Made by a program: the position numbers and the translations under genes. This document shows positions 28,007 through 37,631 of a stretch of DNA of 56,702 nt, in pieces; within the stretch, counting starts at the first letter, position 1; every line of letters begins with the position of its first letter. The notes below the pieces were generated by a model. It was not told the origin of the DNA and did no database searches. It saw only the letters and a list, made by a program, of their open reading frames with translations. Origin of the DNA: a virus; the UHGV virus genome UHGV-0213557; one strand, written 5' to 3'.

Positions 28007-28801
28007 TTAACTTAACATTGATAATTGTTTACTACTTTTAAACTTATTAACAAAATAAACTTGACCTTTTCCAGTTATTTTTACTGTTCTAGTTACTTTA
28101 GTACTTCCATCAGGATTATTAATTACTCTTTTTTTAACTTCCATTATTCTTAGATTCATACTTTTCTGTGTTGGAATATTATAATCTTCACCTTTACGCT
28201 TAATTAAATATCCATTTTCTCGCATCCAGGTAAATAATCTGTTTTGTCCTATATCTACTCCATTTTGTTTTATAAGTTTTGCAAGTTCTCCAACTAATAT
28301 AGAATTGTTTGAAGCTGAAACTGCATCAGCAAACAGTACTTTTGGTTGCTGTAACTGAATTACCTTATCTTTTTCTTGATTTTCTAATTGTAATTGTTCT
28401 TTTTCTTCAACTTCTACTAATAACTGTTGCAATGCTTCTTTATATGTAGTTGGTAGTTTAGGTTGTTGTTCTTTTAATACTCGTTCCATTTCATTAAATC
28501 TTCTTACATATCTAGCTGTAAAAATAATACCTTTTTCTCCAGTAAATTTATTTGCTAGAAAGTCACAACCTAATTTTGTTACATTATAGCAAGGTCTACT
28601 TTCATTTTTTGAATCCAAATATGTTGATTTTATAAAGTAATCAACCACAACAAAATTGTTGTCGTTAAGAATATCAATAATTCCTTTTGTTTTTTCTGTT
28701 CCTTCTAATTTCCTTAAGACTTCCCAGTGTCTGATTTCTAACATATCAGCAATTTCTAATGTTGTTATTGTATTTTTATTGTTAAGTTGCAAATTATTCA
28801 T
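28007..28801 (-). CDS. Antirepressor (Rha-like N-terminus + KilA-C/AntA-like C-terminus)
   Basis: ..LFTWMRENGYLIKRKGEDYNIPTQKSMNLRIMEV..; paralog of 31258-32070. Confidence 0.65.
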   Translation of the reverse strand: MNNLQLNNKNTITTLEIADMLEIRHWEVLRKLEGTEKTKGIIDILNDNNFVVVDYFIKSTYLDSKNESRPCYNVTKLGCDFLANKFTGEKGIIFTARYVRRFNEMERVLKEQQPKLPTTYKEALQQLLVEVEEKEQLQLENQEKDKVIQLQQPKVLFADAVSASNNSILVGELAKLIKQNGVDIGQNRLFTWMRENGYLIKRKGEDYNIPTQKSMNLRIMEVKKRVINNPDGSTKVTRTVKITGKGQVYFVNKFKSSKQLSMLS

Positions 28802-28842
28802 ATCTAAAGCTCCTTTCTTGTAATCTGAGTCCTTTTATGCTA

Positions 28843-29058
28843 TTATTCATTAAAGAGTTTTTCACAATTAGTATTTAAAATTATAGCTATCTTTAAAGCT
28901 GTACGAATGTTTGGGAGACGTTCGCCAGCTTCATAATATTGATAGCTTCTCTCTGTTATTTTGGCTTTTTGAGCAACCTCTAATTGTGTTAAGCCAATTT
29001 TTTCACGTTGTAGTTTTAAATTATTATTTATTTTCACCCTCTCCTTTTTATTTAACAC
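28843..29058 (-). CDS. XRE-family HTH regulator
   Basis: ..KIGLTQLEVAQKAKITERSYQYYEAGERLPN.. Confidence 0.7.
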   Translation of the reverse strand: MLNKKERVKINNNLKLQREKIGLTQLEVAQKAKITERSYQYYEAGERLPNIRTALKIAIILNTNCEKLFNE

Positions 29059-29110
29059 GCCAATATTGTTCGTGCTATGTTTTATATATTACACGCTAAT
29101 ATTGTTCGTG
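29055..29110. promoter_or_regulatory. Two 20-bp operator repeats ACACGC[C/T]AATATTGTTCGTG (each an internal palindrome CACG..AATATT..CGTG) between divergent XRE genes
   Basis: Copies at ~29055-29074 and ~29091-29110. Confidence 0.55.
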
Positions 29111-29149
29111 TCAAGAAATTTATTTATTTTTTTATTGGAGCGTGTAGTT

Positions 29150-29368
29150 ATGACTAAATTCAAAGATAATATTAAGCTAGTAAGAAAGCAAATGAATATG
29201 ACTCAAAAGCAATTTGCTAGTTTGTTTGGTATCTCAGAACGTGCATATCAGTATTATGAAGCTGGTTCAAGAGAACCAAATCTAGAAACTTTAATATTAA
29301 TTTCTAACAAACTTAATGTATCTACAGATTTTTTGTTAGGTCTTTCGCCTAACCAAAATAGAAATTAA
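29150..29368 (+). CDS. XRE-family HTH regulator (73 aa from the RBS-preceded ATG; the ORF track extends to 29066)
   Basis: ..MTQKQFASLFGISERAYQYYEAGSREPNLETL.. Confidence 0.65.
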   Translation: MTKFKDNIKLVRKQMNMTQKQFASLFGISERAYQYYEAGSREPNLETLILISNKLNVSTDFLLGLSPNQNRN

Positions 29369-29505
29369 TATTCAACTTTCGTCTGCTTTTTAGCAGGCGT
29401 ATTGTTGTTTGCTCTATTTCCATCTAATCACCTCTTTTGAATATTCTGTATCTATTTCTTAACACATTATCTCAGTACACCATGTTATAATTAACTTAAA
29501 TTCTA

Positions 29506-29718
29506 ATGAAAGTTGGTGTTATCATGAAGTTTGTTTATGTTAAGATATTTAATAACTGGATTGATATAACTGATATTGGCTCTATAAATGGCTGTAATGC
29601 AATTGAATATATTAATGAAAACCTTGATAAAATGTACTCTAGTAATTATGTTTCTATAAATTACAAAGATAAAAACTATTGCATTCATCCATCATGTATT
29701 CAAATAGTTACAAAATAA
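29506..29718 (+). CDS. Hypothetical protein
   Basis: ORF track. Confidence 0.25.
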   Translation: MKVGVIMKFVYVKIFNNWIDITDIGSINGCNAIEYINENLDKMYSSNYVSINYKDKNYCIHPSCIQIVTK

Positions 29719-29800
29719 AGTGTTTATCTCTCTTTAAAAAACTTTTAAGGGAGATATTTTTATTTTATATTTAGTTTTCAAAGTGCTGTTGTGATTTAAC

Positions 29801-30592
29801 TTAATTTTTGCTTAAATCACTTGATATTCCATATTTTAAAGCCATATCTTTTACAATAGCAACATACCCTTCTATGAGTTTCTTATCATCTTGTATTACA
29901 TCTAAATTGTTAACTTTCTCTCTTTTAGATTCAGATACACCTTCTTCTGCCATTTTTCTTCTTTTATTGATCAATCTTCTATGTAGGTCAACTCCAAATC
30001 TCTTATTTAATAATTCATAACTTTCTGTTCTAAGCATATTTATATGTTCAAAACCACCTTGTTTTTTTGCTATTCTTGCAATTAGTTGATGTGTATTTGT
30101 TCTCCAACTATTTGAGTCTAATGAAACTACATCTTTTATTGTTTCAACCTCTGTCTTTGCTTCTAAAGCAATGCTATTTGCTTGATTAACTTGAAGTCTT
30201 AAATCTTTCATTTCTTTTAAACTTTCTATTAATACATCTTCTATACAAGTTGGCTTATGTTGCTTAACTTTGAAATATGTTTCCTCTAAATTATCAAACT
30301 GTTCCCAAGCCTTATCTGTATCTAATATTTTGCAGTGTCTATTTGCTCCTCTTTCAGTCCAAAGATACATTTTTGAAGCAAATTTTAGGTTTTCATATTC
30401 TGTATGAATGCCTTTAAAATTCTTTAAATCATCACCTTGCAATAAAAAATAATGTTTACCTTCAATAAACTTATCTTTGTTATTGTTGAAATTGTTACTT
30501 ATATTTCTTGAGTCAGTTTCATATACATCTGCTAATTGTTGTGTAGTTAGAACTCTCTCATTATTTCTTTCTATTACTTGTAAGTTATTCAT
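29801..30592 (-). CDS. Antirepressor (ORF6N-like)
   Basis: ..RVLTTQQLADVYETDSRNISNNFNNNKDKFIEGKHYF.. Confidence 0.6.
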   Translation of the reverse strand: MNNLQVIERNNERVLTTQQLADVYETDSRNISNNFNNNKDKFIEGKHYFLLQGDDLKNFKGIHTEYENLKFASKMYLWTERGANRHCKILDTDKAWEQFDNLEETYFKVKQHKPTCIEDVLIESLKEMKDLRLQVNQANSIALEAKTEVETIKDVVSLDSNSWRTNTHQLIARIAKKQGGFEHINMLRTESYELLNKRFGVDLHRRLINKRRKMAEEGVSESKREKVNNLDVIQDDKKLIEGYVAIVKDMALKYGISSDLSKN

Positions 30593-30764
30593 GTTTATCT
30601 ACCTCCTTTTTATAACTTCTATATTCTAATAACTCAAATTCCTTCCATAGTATATCTAATATAAATGAGTTCTTAGTTAACCCTAAGTATTTTGATTTTT
30701 TCGTTATTTCTTCATTTAATTTTTCTGGCATCCTAACAGTTATTCTCTTTTTATTTGAGTTCAT
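30585..30764 (-). CDS. RHH (CopG/Arc-like) protein, 59 aa; its stop overlaps the start of the antirepressor
   Basis: Hand translation MNSNKKRITVRMPEKLNEEITKKSKYLGLTKNSFILDILW... Confidence 0.45.
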   Translation of the reverse strand: MNSNKKRITVRMPEKLNEEITKKSKYLGLTKNSFILDILWKEFELLEYRSYKKEVDKHE

Positions 30765-30899
30765 TTTGCCGTCAACCCCTTTCTTGTTTTAATAATATCA
30801 CGCCGTCTTTATGCCGTCAATATATTTTATAGATTTTCTATAAATTATTTTTATGATATAATTATGACATCATTTAGACTTTAAAAAGGAGGTATTATT

Positions 30900-31079
30900 A
30901 TGTCAACTTCACTACCTAAATACACTTTAAGAATAAACAGAGTTCTGCTTGAAAAAATTAAATATATAGCTGAAAGCGAAGGTCGTTCTGCTAATAAGGA
31001 AATTGAACAAATAATAAAAAAACATATTGAAGATTATGAGCAAAGAAAAGGAGAAATTAAAATTAATATTGAAGAATAA
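30900..31079 (+). CDS. Arc/Mnt-like RHH regulator, 59 aa
   Basis: Hand translation MSTSLPKYTLRINRVLLEKIKYIAESEGRSANKEIEQIIKKHIE; AAAGGAGG RBS. Confidence 0.5.
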   Translation: MSTSLPKYTLRINRVLLEKIKYIAESEGRSANKEIEQIIKKHIEDYEQRKGEIKINIEE

Positions 31080-31257
31080 TTTATATACTCTTGCTAATCA
31101 CTGATAGTATGTAATCATTCACTGACATACCTCTTTGATTAGCTTTTTCTTTACATTTATTGTATAATTCTTTCGTAATACTCAAGGTATACTTCTTTCT
31201 ATTACTCAACCTTTAAATCACCTCTTTTTGAATATTCTGTATTTATTTTTCAAAGTA

Positions 31258-32070
31258 CTAACATAACATTGAAGTTTGATAACTATACTCTTTTTCTATA
31301 TCTGGTAATATGTTATTTACTTTTAATAAGTCATATAAAAACAATCTTCCCTTTTGAGTCCACTTAGTTGTCATTTTTACATCAGTCATTCCATCACTTC
31401 TAGTTATGTCTATTGTTTCTGAATGAGTGTATCCCTTCCCTTGGTGTTGTTTATATAAAAGCCATTGTCCACTTTGTTTATATTGAATCCCTCTTTCATG
31501 AAGTATTTTATTCATTTCTTTTCCACTCATTCCATAGTCTTTTGCTATTTGAGTTATTGTGACAAGTCCTTTGTTTTTAAGTATCATATCTGTATAATCT
31601 GCCTTTGGTTTTAGTTCTTTTATTACTTGGTCTTTCATTTTTCCTTCTAGTTGTAATTTCTCATTTACTTCTACTTGCTCTATAAGATGTTGTAATGCTT
31701 CTTTATATGTAGTTGGTAGTTTAGGTTGTTCATTTTTTAATACTTGCTCCATTTCTTCAAATTTTTTTGTATATATTCCTGTAAATGCCGTACCTTTTAT
31801 GCCTGTCATTTTATTTGCTATGAAGTCACAACCTATCTTTGTTATTGCATAGCATGGCTTCTCTCTTTTATAATCATCTAAATAAGTATTTTCAATAAAA
31901 TAATCAGATGGGTACAAATCTGTACTCATGTTTTTATTGGCTTCTTCCATTTGGTTTATATAATTTCTTATATCCCTTAGTAAAATCTTGTGTTCTTTTT
32001 CAACCATTAGAGCTATATCTCTACTGTCAGTTGTTAGTTTATTATTAACTTTTACTATTTTTAAATCTTT
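31258..32070 (-). CDS. Antirepressor (Rha-like + AntA/KilA-C); the ORF track's upstream extension to 32151 is unlikely
   Basis: ..TTYKEALQHL.. paralog of 28007-28801. Confidence 0.6.
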   Translation of the reverse strand, partial: KDLKIVKVNNKLTTDSRDIALMVEKEHKILLRDIRNYINQMEEANKNMSTDLYPSDYFIENTYLDDYKREKPCYAITKIGCDFIANKMTGIKGTAFTGIYTKKFEEMEQVLKNEQPKLPTTYKEALQHLIEQVEVNEKLQLEGKMKDQVIKELKPKADYTDMILKNKGLVTITQIAKDYGMSGKEMNKILHERGIQYKQSGQWLLYKQHQGKGYTHSETIDITRSDGMTDVKMTTKWTQKGRLFLYDLLKVNNILPDIEKEYSYQTSMLC

Positions 32071-32075
32071 CATAT

Positions 32076-32297
32076 TTAACTCCTCTCTTTTAAACAACAT
32101 CTTGTTGTATTTGTATTTAAAAAAATTTTTTCTATTGATACTCCAAAACATTTAGATAATTTTATTGCTATTGCTAAACTTGGTACTCTTGTTCCACTTT
32201 CAATCATTCCATAATAACTAGTAGTTATACCTACTTTTAATGCAACATCTTTTTGCTTTAAATTCCTTTCTGTCCTAAGTTCCTTTAGATTGTTCAA
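32076..32297 (-). CDS. XRE-family HTH regulator (Cro-like)
   Basis: ..LKQKDVALKVGITTSYYGMIESGTRVPS.. Confidence 0.7.
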   Translation of the reverse strand: MNNLKELRTERNLKQKDVALKVGITTSYYGMIESGTRVPSLAIAIKLSKCFGVSIEKIFLNTNTTRCCLKERS

Positions 32298-32449
32298 GCT
32301 ATATCCTCCTTACCAACATTTTGTTGTTTATACTTATATAATACACAACTATATGTTGTTTGTAAATAGTTTTTTTATTTTTTTATTTCATTTTACAACT
32401 ATTTGTTGTATTATTTAATAAAGGCAACTTTATTAAGAGGAGTGATTAT

Positions 32450-33013
32450 ATGAGCATTTTATCAGATAGATTGAAATTTCTTAGGAAAGAAAAAGGTGTA
32501 ATGCAAAAAGAAATTGCCAACTATCTTAACATAACTACTAGTGCATATGGATTTTATGAACAAGGTAAAAGAACACCTACCCCAGAAATGTTATCTAGTT
32601 TAGCTGAATATTTTGGCACTACTGTTGATTATTTAATAGGTAGGTATGATAATAAAGCAAGCAATATTTCTAGCAAAACTTCTTGTAATAATACATTATT
32701 TCAAAAAAGACTAAAAGAACTTAGAGCTGAAAAAAATATGACTCAAGAAGATGTTGCAAATAAATTAAACTTAACCAAAAGCGCTTATGGTTATTATGAA
32801 CAAGGAAAGACAGTTCCTGATGCTTATATGCTATCTAGCCTTGCTGAAATATTTAATGTGACTACTGATTATTTATTAGGTAGGTCTATTGTAAAAAATG
32901 ATATAGACACTGTAGCTGCACATAGAGTTAATCCTCACAAAGATTTACCAGAGGAAGCTCAAGAACAACTCAATGATTATATTGAATTTTTAATAAATAA
33001 GTATAAAAAATAA
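32450..33013 (+). CDS. Tandem double XRE-HTH protein; likely lysogeny repressor (ImmR/CI-like)
   Basis: Two HTH_XRE units (..MQKEIANYLNITTSAYGFYEQGKRTP.. and ..TQEDVANKLNLTKSAYGYYEQGKTVP..); divergent from the Cro-like 32076-32297. Confidence 0.65.
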   Translation: MSILSDRLKFLRKEKGVMQKEIANYLNITTSAYGFYEQGKRTPTPEMLSSLAEYFGTTVDYLIGRYDNKASNISSKTSCNNTLFQKRLKELRAEKNMTQEDVANKLNLTKSAYGYYEQGKTVPDAYMLSSLAEIFNVTTDYLLGRSIVKNDIDTVAAHRVNPHKDLPEEAQEQLNDYIEFLINKYKK

Positions 33014-33036
33014 ATTAAAAGTAGGTGATAAATTAT

Positions 33037-34626
33037 ATGAAATCTATAATATCAGATGTCATAAACCGATTTAATGCTACACCATTTTTATTTGTTGGTT
33101 CTGGTTTAACTAGAAGATACTATAATCTTCCAAATTGGGAGGATTTACTAAAAGTCTTTGCAGAAAAAATTAGTAATGATGACTTTATATATACAAGTTA
33201 TAAAAATAAAGCAAAATCAGAGAACCCAAAAATGGGTATAAATCCTAGAATTGCAGAACTTATTGAAAATGATTTTAATAAAAAATGGTTTTCAGATTCT
33301 TCTATACGAAGCTTAGACTCTAAGTATTTAGATATTGTTAAATCAGGAGTTTCTCCATTTAAGGCAGAAATTGCTATGTATATTAAAAATAATTCTAAAA
33401 TAGTAGATAAATATCAAGATGAAGTTGAAAAACTTAGTAATATCTCTAAAAAAAGTTTATCAGGATTTATTACAACAAATTATGATTGTTTTTTGGAAAC
33501 TATCGTTGATAATTATACAACATATATAGGTCAAGAAAATTTAGTTTTTTCATCTATACAAGGTATTGCAGAAATTTATAAAATTCATGGATGTGTTTCT
33601 TCTCCAAATAGTATTGTAATAAATGAAGCTGATTATATAGACTTTGACAGCAAAAGTGCCTACTTGGCAGCTAAGCTAATGACTATATTTGTTGAGTTTC
33701 CTATCATATTTATTGGTTACTCTGTTACAGATGTAAATATAAAAAAAATACTTAATGCTATAGTTAATTGTCTATCTAATGAAAATGCTAAAAAACTCGA
33801 GGAACGTTTCATATTCATTGAGTATGAAAAAAACTTTAATGATATAGAAATATCAAGTCATACAATTGTTTTTGATAATAAAATGATTACTATGACTAAA
33901 ATTAAACTGGAGGATTTTAATTTACTCTATGAGGCATTATCTGAAAAAAAATCAAAATTACCAGTTAGAATATTAAGAATGTTCAAACAAGAATTTTACG
34001 ATTTCACAATTACTAACAAACCTACTGCTAAAATTCGGGTTGGTAGTGTTGATGATACAAGAATAAAAGATGAAGATTTAGTTTTAGCAGTTGGCAAGGC
34101 AAGTGATTTTGGTCTTAAAGGATTAAAAGGATTAAGTTTTGATGAATGGTATCGTGATATAGTCATGAATGACTTAGAATTTTCATCAGATGAATTACTT
34201 GAATATGCTTATCCATCTTTAATTAAGCAATATAATAAATTACCATTAAATAAACATCTTTTTAATAGCACACTTGAATTTCCAGATTATAGGACAATTG
34301 CACTAGAAAGTGACTTTGAAAATATTATTAGCAATAGTATTAAAAAAAATAGAAATAATACTTACATAAAAAATAGAAGTGTTTATGGTATTTGGAATGA
34401 TGAACATCAATCATTTGAAAAAGCTACAAGACTTATTGCTTTTTTAGAAGAAAAAGAAATTGACACTGAACAGTTAGAAAATCTACTTAAGAAAATATTT
34501 GAGGAAAATCCTAATATTTTAGAGTCTGCAAAAACAAGCGAAAAAACAAATTTAAGAAGGCTTATTAGAATATATGACTACATGAAATACTCTAATATGC
34601 AAAAGAGTCTTGGTTATAGTGAGTAA
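33037..34626 (+). CDS. SIR2_2-family NADase-like domain protein with a ~250-aa C-terminal domain of unknown function
   Basis: PFLFVGSGLTRRYYNLPNWEDLL (as in ThsA AIFAGAGLS...W..LL), ITTNYDCFLE (TTNYD), IYKIHGC (His motif). Start placed at the ATG after GTAGGTGA. Confidence 0.7.
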   Translation: MKSIISDVINRFNATPFLFVGSGLTRRYYNLPNWEDLLKVFAEKISNDDFIYTSYKNKAKSENPKMGINPRIAELIENDFNKKWFSDSSIRSLDSKYLDIVKSGVSPFKAEIAMYIKNNSKIVDKYQDEVEKLSNISKKSLSGFITTNYDCFLETIVDNYTTYIGQENLVFSSIQGIAEIYKIHGCVSSPNSIVINEADYIDFDSKSAYLAAKLMTIFVEFPIIFIGYSVTDVNIKKILNAIVNCLSNENAKKLEERFIFIEYEKNFNDIEISSHTIVFDNKMITMTKIKLEDFNLLYEALSEKKSKLPVRILRMFKQEFYDFTITNKPTAKIRVGSVDDTRIKDEDLVLAVGKASDFGLKGLKGLSFDEWYRDIVMNDLEFSSDELLEYAYPSLIKQYNKLPLNKHLFNSTLEFPDYRTIALESDFENIISNSIKKNRNNTYIKNRSVYGIWNDEHQSFEKATRLIAFLEEKEIDTEQLENLLKKIFEENPNILESAKTSEKTNLRRLIRIYDYMKYSNMQKSLGYSE

Positions 34627-34817
34627 AACTCTACCCACCGCTCCAAAACTCCTTTAATCGCTTTAAGCACAAATACAAATTTAGTGCTAACTATACTAAC
34701 ACACATTTGTAAGTGCTTACATATATTATATGTAATTATATTATAATCATATACTATAATCCATATTTTGTCTACAGCTAAAATTATCCAATCTTTTTTG
34801 GATAAAAAATGAATATT

Positions 34818-34850
34818 TAGAGCAGTTCACACCTGCTCTTTATATATAAC
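34818..34850 (+). terminator. Terminator AGAGCAG ttcacac CTGCTCT + T-rich after the SIR2 gene
   Basis: Perfect 7-bp stem; paralogous hairpin at 35566-35595. Confidence 0.5.
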
Positions 34851-34888
34851 AAAAATCAAAAATACATTCTTTTTATAGGGGGATTTCA

Positions 34889-35395
34889 ATGAACAAACTA
34901 GACGCACTTTTAGACTTAGCAAATAATGAAGAGATAGAAATTTACTACACTGACAAAATAGCAGATGACATAAAAGGATTGTATATAAACAGACAAGGAC
35001 TAAAAATTATATCATTACTTAATTCATTAAAACAAAACAATGCTAAACTAATAGAAATCTTAGCAGAAGAATTAGGACATCATTTTACCAGTGTTGGAAA
35101 CTATGTATCTTCAAAAAACAGTTACAAAAATAAAATCTTGATAGACAAAACTGAAAACAAAGCACTAAAATGGGCATGTGAATTTCTTATAACAGAAGAA
35201 GAAATAATACATGTTATTAATTCACACGCTACAAGTGTATACGAAATAGCTGAAGAATTACAAGTTAGCATCAACTTCTTACTAAAAAGATTAGAATTTC
35301 TATCAAAAAAGAAAAGCATGTTGGACTTAGGAAATAATAGATTTTTAGTATTAACTAATTTGCCAAATTTCTACATATATGAGGATATTTTTTAA
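34889..35395 (+). CDS. ImmA/IrrE-like metallopeptidase (atypical EELGHH motif)
   Basis: ..ILAEELGHHFTSVG..; position between repressor and integrase. Confidence 0.45.
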   Translation: MNKLDALLDLANNEEIEIYYTDKIADDIKGLYINRQGLKIISLLNSLKQNNAKLIEILAEELGHHFTSVGNYVSSKNSYKNKILIDKTENKALKWACEFLITEEEIIHVINSHATSVYEIAEELQVSINFLLKRLEFLSKKKSMLDLGNNRFLVLTNLPNFYIYEDIF

Positions 35396-35634
35396 ACTCA
35401 TTTATTCTACTTTTATAGATTTTTTACTTAATAAATATATATTTCAATATTATTATAATAAACTACACATAAAAGCTAAAAAATTGTAAGAATATTAAGA
35501 AAATAATTAAGTAAAAACCAAATAAACAAAATTAAGATAATATTGTACATAACAAAAGTATATAAAGAGCAGTTAATCTGCTCTTTTATATAAACACCAA
35601 ACAAACATACATTCTAAAAGGGAGGGATACTATT

Positions 35635-36765
35635 ATGAAAGGTGGAGTAAGAAAAAGAAGTAACAAATGGTATTACTACTTTGACCTAGGCATAGTAGAA
35701 GGAAAAAGAAAAAAAGTAGAAAGAGTTGGAGGCAATACTAAAAAAGAAGCAGAAAAAGCCTTAAGAGAAGCACTAAATGAATATGAAAACTCTGGCATAG
35801 TATTTGAAGAAAGCAATATCAGTTTATCAGACTACTTAGACTTTTGGTACAAAGAATATGTCTTACTTAACTGTAAATACAACACTCAAGAAAGCTACCG
35901 AATAAACATAGAAAAACATATAAAGCCAAAACTAGGAGCTTACAAAGTAAAAGCTTTAACTCCTGCAATACTACAAAACTTCATAAACAGAAAGTACAAA
36001 GAGGATTACTCTCAAAATACATTACAAGTATTAAAAGCCATATTACATAGGTCATTAAAATCAGCAGTCCATCCTTACAAACATATACGAGAAAACCCTA
36101 TGCAATATGTGAGCATACCAAAAACTAAATCTAAAACAGAAACTAATAAAATTAAAACTATTACATTAGAAGAATTTAATCAAATACTAAATATATTTCC
36201 TCAAGATTCATTTCAACGTATAGTTTTACTAATTGGATTTCATACTGGTATGCGAAGAGGTGAAATTATTGCACTAAAATGGGATAATATAGACCTTGAT
36301 AATAAAACTATCACAGTAAGACATACTTTGATTAAAAAACCAAATGGAATGTTTGAATTAGGGCAACCAAAAACAGAAAGCTCTTGCAGAACTATATTTA
36401 CAGGTGACACTTTAATAAAGGCATTAAAAGAACATAAATTATATCAAAAGAAAATGAAATTAAAATATGGAGAATTTTACTTTGATAGTGACTGGGTATG
36501 TACCAAAGAAAATGGTCAACAAGTGAATACTCACACTTTAGACACTATAGTAAGACAAATTCGAGTAGCTTTAAACAATGACTTCCATTTTCATTCTTTA
36601 AGACATGCACATGCTACTCTATTATTAGAAAATGGTGCTAACATTAAAGACATACAAAACCGTTTGGGCCATAGCCAACTATCAACTACAATGGATACCT
36701 ATTCACATGTAACTGATAAAATGAAAAATGAAACTGTAGATATATTTGAAAAAATTACAAATTAG
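35635..36765 (+). CDS. int: Tyrosine integrase (site-specific recombinase)
   Basis: ..LIGFHTGMRRGEIIALKWDNID.. / ..HSLRHAHATLLLENGANIKDIQNRLGHSQLSTTMDTYSHV.. (R..HxxR..Y). Confidence 0.9.
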   Translation: MKGGVRKRSNKWYYYFDLGIVEGKRKKVERVGGNTKKEAEKALREALNEYENSGIVFEESNISLSDYLDFWYKEYVLLNCKYNTQESYRINIEKHIKPKLGAYKVKALTPAILQNFINRKYKEDYSQNTLQVLKAILHRSLKSAVHPYKHIRENPMQYVSIPKTKSKTETNKIKTITLEEFNQILNIFPQDSFQRIVLLIGFHTGMRRGEIIALKWDNIDLDNKTITVRHTLIKKPNGMFELGQPKTESSCRTIFTGDTLIKALKEHKLYQKKMKLKYGEFYFDSDWVCTKENGQQVNTHTLDTIVRQIRVALNNDFHFHSLRHAHATLLLENGANIKDIQNRLGHSQLSTTMDTYSHVTDKMKNETVDIFEKITN

Positions 36766-37140
36766 AGTTTGCCACCCAAAAATATAATACGGTGGCAAAT
36801 GGGTGGCAAAATCTAATTTATCTATTTTAAAAGCTAAAATTATCAAATTTATATAATCATCTATATACTTGTAATTTCAAGGCTTTAGAGTATATAACAA
36901 CCATAACTAATATAAGGTATTAATAATAAATCTAACAAATAAAACTTAATATTTACTTAAGTTGTAATATTATTCTAGGTTATTTGTTTATTGTTGTTAT
37001 TTTTTACAAGTGTTGGTATTTCAATGTTTTATTAAGGTCAGTTTTGTTGTTTATGTTTTATTATGTTTAATTTAAATTTATTCTATTATTTATTTTCGGT
37101 GGCAAAAGGGTGGCAAGTTTGGTTTTGCCACCCTTATTTT
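36766..37140. other. attP-like region with integrase arm-type repeats GGTGGCAAA / TTTGCCACCC
   Basis: tttgccaccc 36770; cggtggcaaatgggtggcaaa 36791-36811; cggtggcaaaagggtggcaag 37097-37118; ttttgccaccc 37125-37135. Confidence 0.45.
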
Positions 37141-37257
37141 TATTTGTAAAAAAATATAGTTTGTCAATATAACTTTATTGAAAAATATGGAAATAAATAT
37201 CGCTTTTGCCGGTTCGGCATATTATAATATAAATATAGAAAGGGGGTGAAAAGGAAA

Positions 37258-37386
37258 ATGAGTAGAATAGAAAGAAGAAAAAAAGATAGAGAAAGCAAAC
37301 TCGCCAAAGTTAAAACTGCTCTCTCTATCTTACCCATTTTAATAAATTTAATTGATAAACTAATTAAATTATTAAAAGATTTATAG
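37258..37386 (+). CDS. Small peptide (42 aa: basic N-terminus, amphipathic/hydrophobic C-terminus)
   Basis: AAAGGGGGTGA RBS; MSRIERRKKDRESKLAKVKTALSILPILINLIDKLIKLLKDL; hairpin ctaggaagaa..ttcttcctag follows. Confidence 0.4.
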   Translation: MSRIERRKKDRESKLAKVKTALSILPILINLIDKLIKLLKDL

Positions 37387-37462
37387 TTTTGTAAGCTAGG
37401 AAGAATTTAATCTTCTTCCTAGTGACTTCTTTCTAAATATTATAACACATTTTCTATAAAAT

Positions 37463-37630
37463 ATGAGTGATAAAGTTTATAAATTCTGTCTTATTATAGT
37501 TGCTATAACTATAGTAATAGACATAATACTTTTATTTTTACATTTTAATATCAACAATATAATAGGATTAATAGTAAGCATTTTATTGTTAATATTTGTT
37601 ACATTACAATATAAAAAAGGAGGAAAATAG
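37463..37630 (+). CDS. Small two-TM membrane protein (55 aa)
   Basis: MSDKVYKFCLIIVAITIVIDIILLFLHFNINNIIGLIVSILLLIFVTLQYKKGGK. Confidence 0.4.
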   Translation: MSDKVYKFCLIIVAITIVIDIILLFLHFNINNIIGLIVSILLLIFVTLQYKKGGK

Positions 37631-37631
37631 T

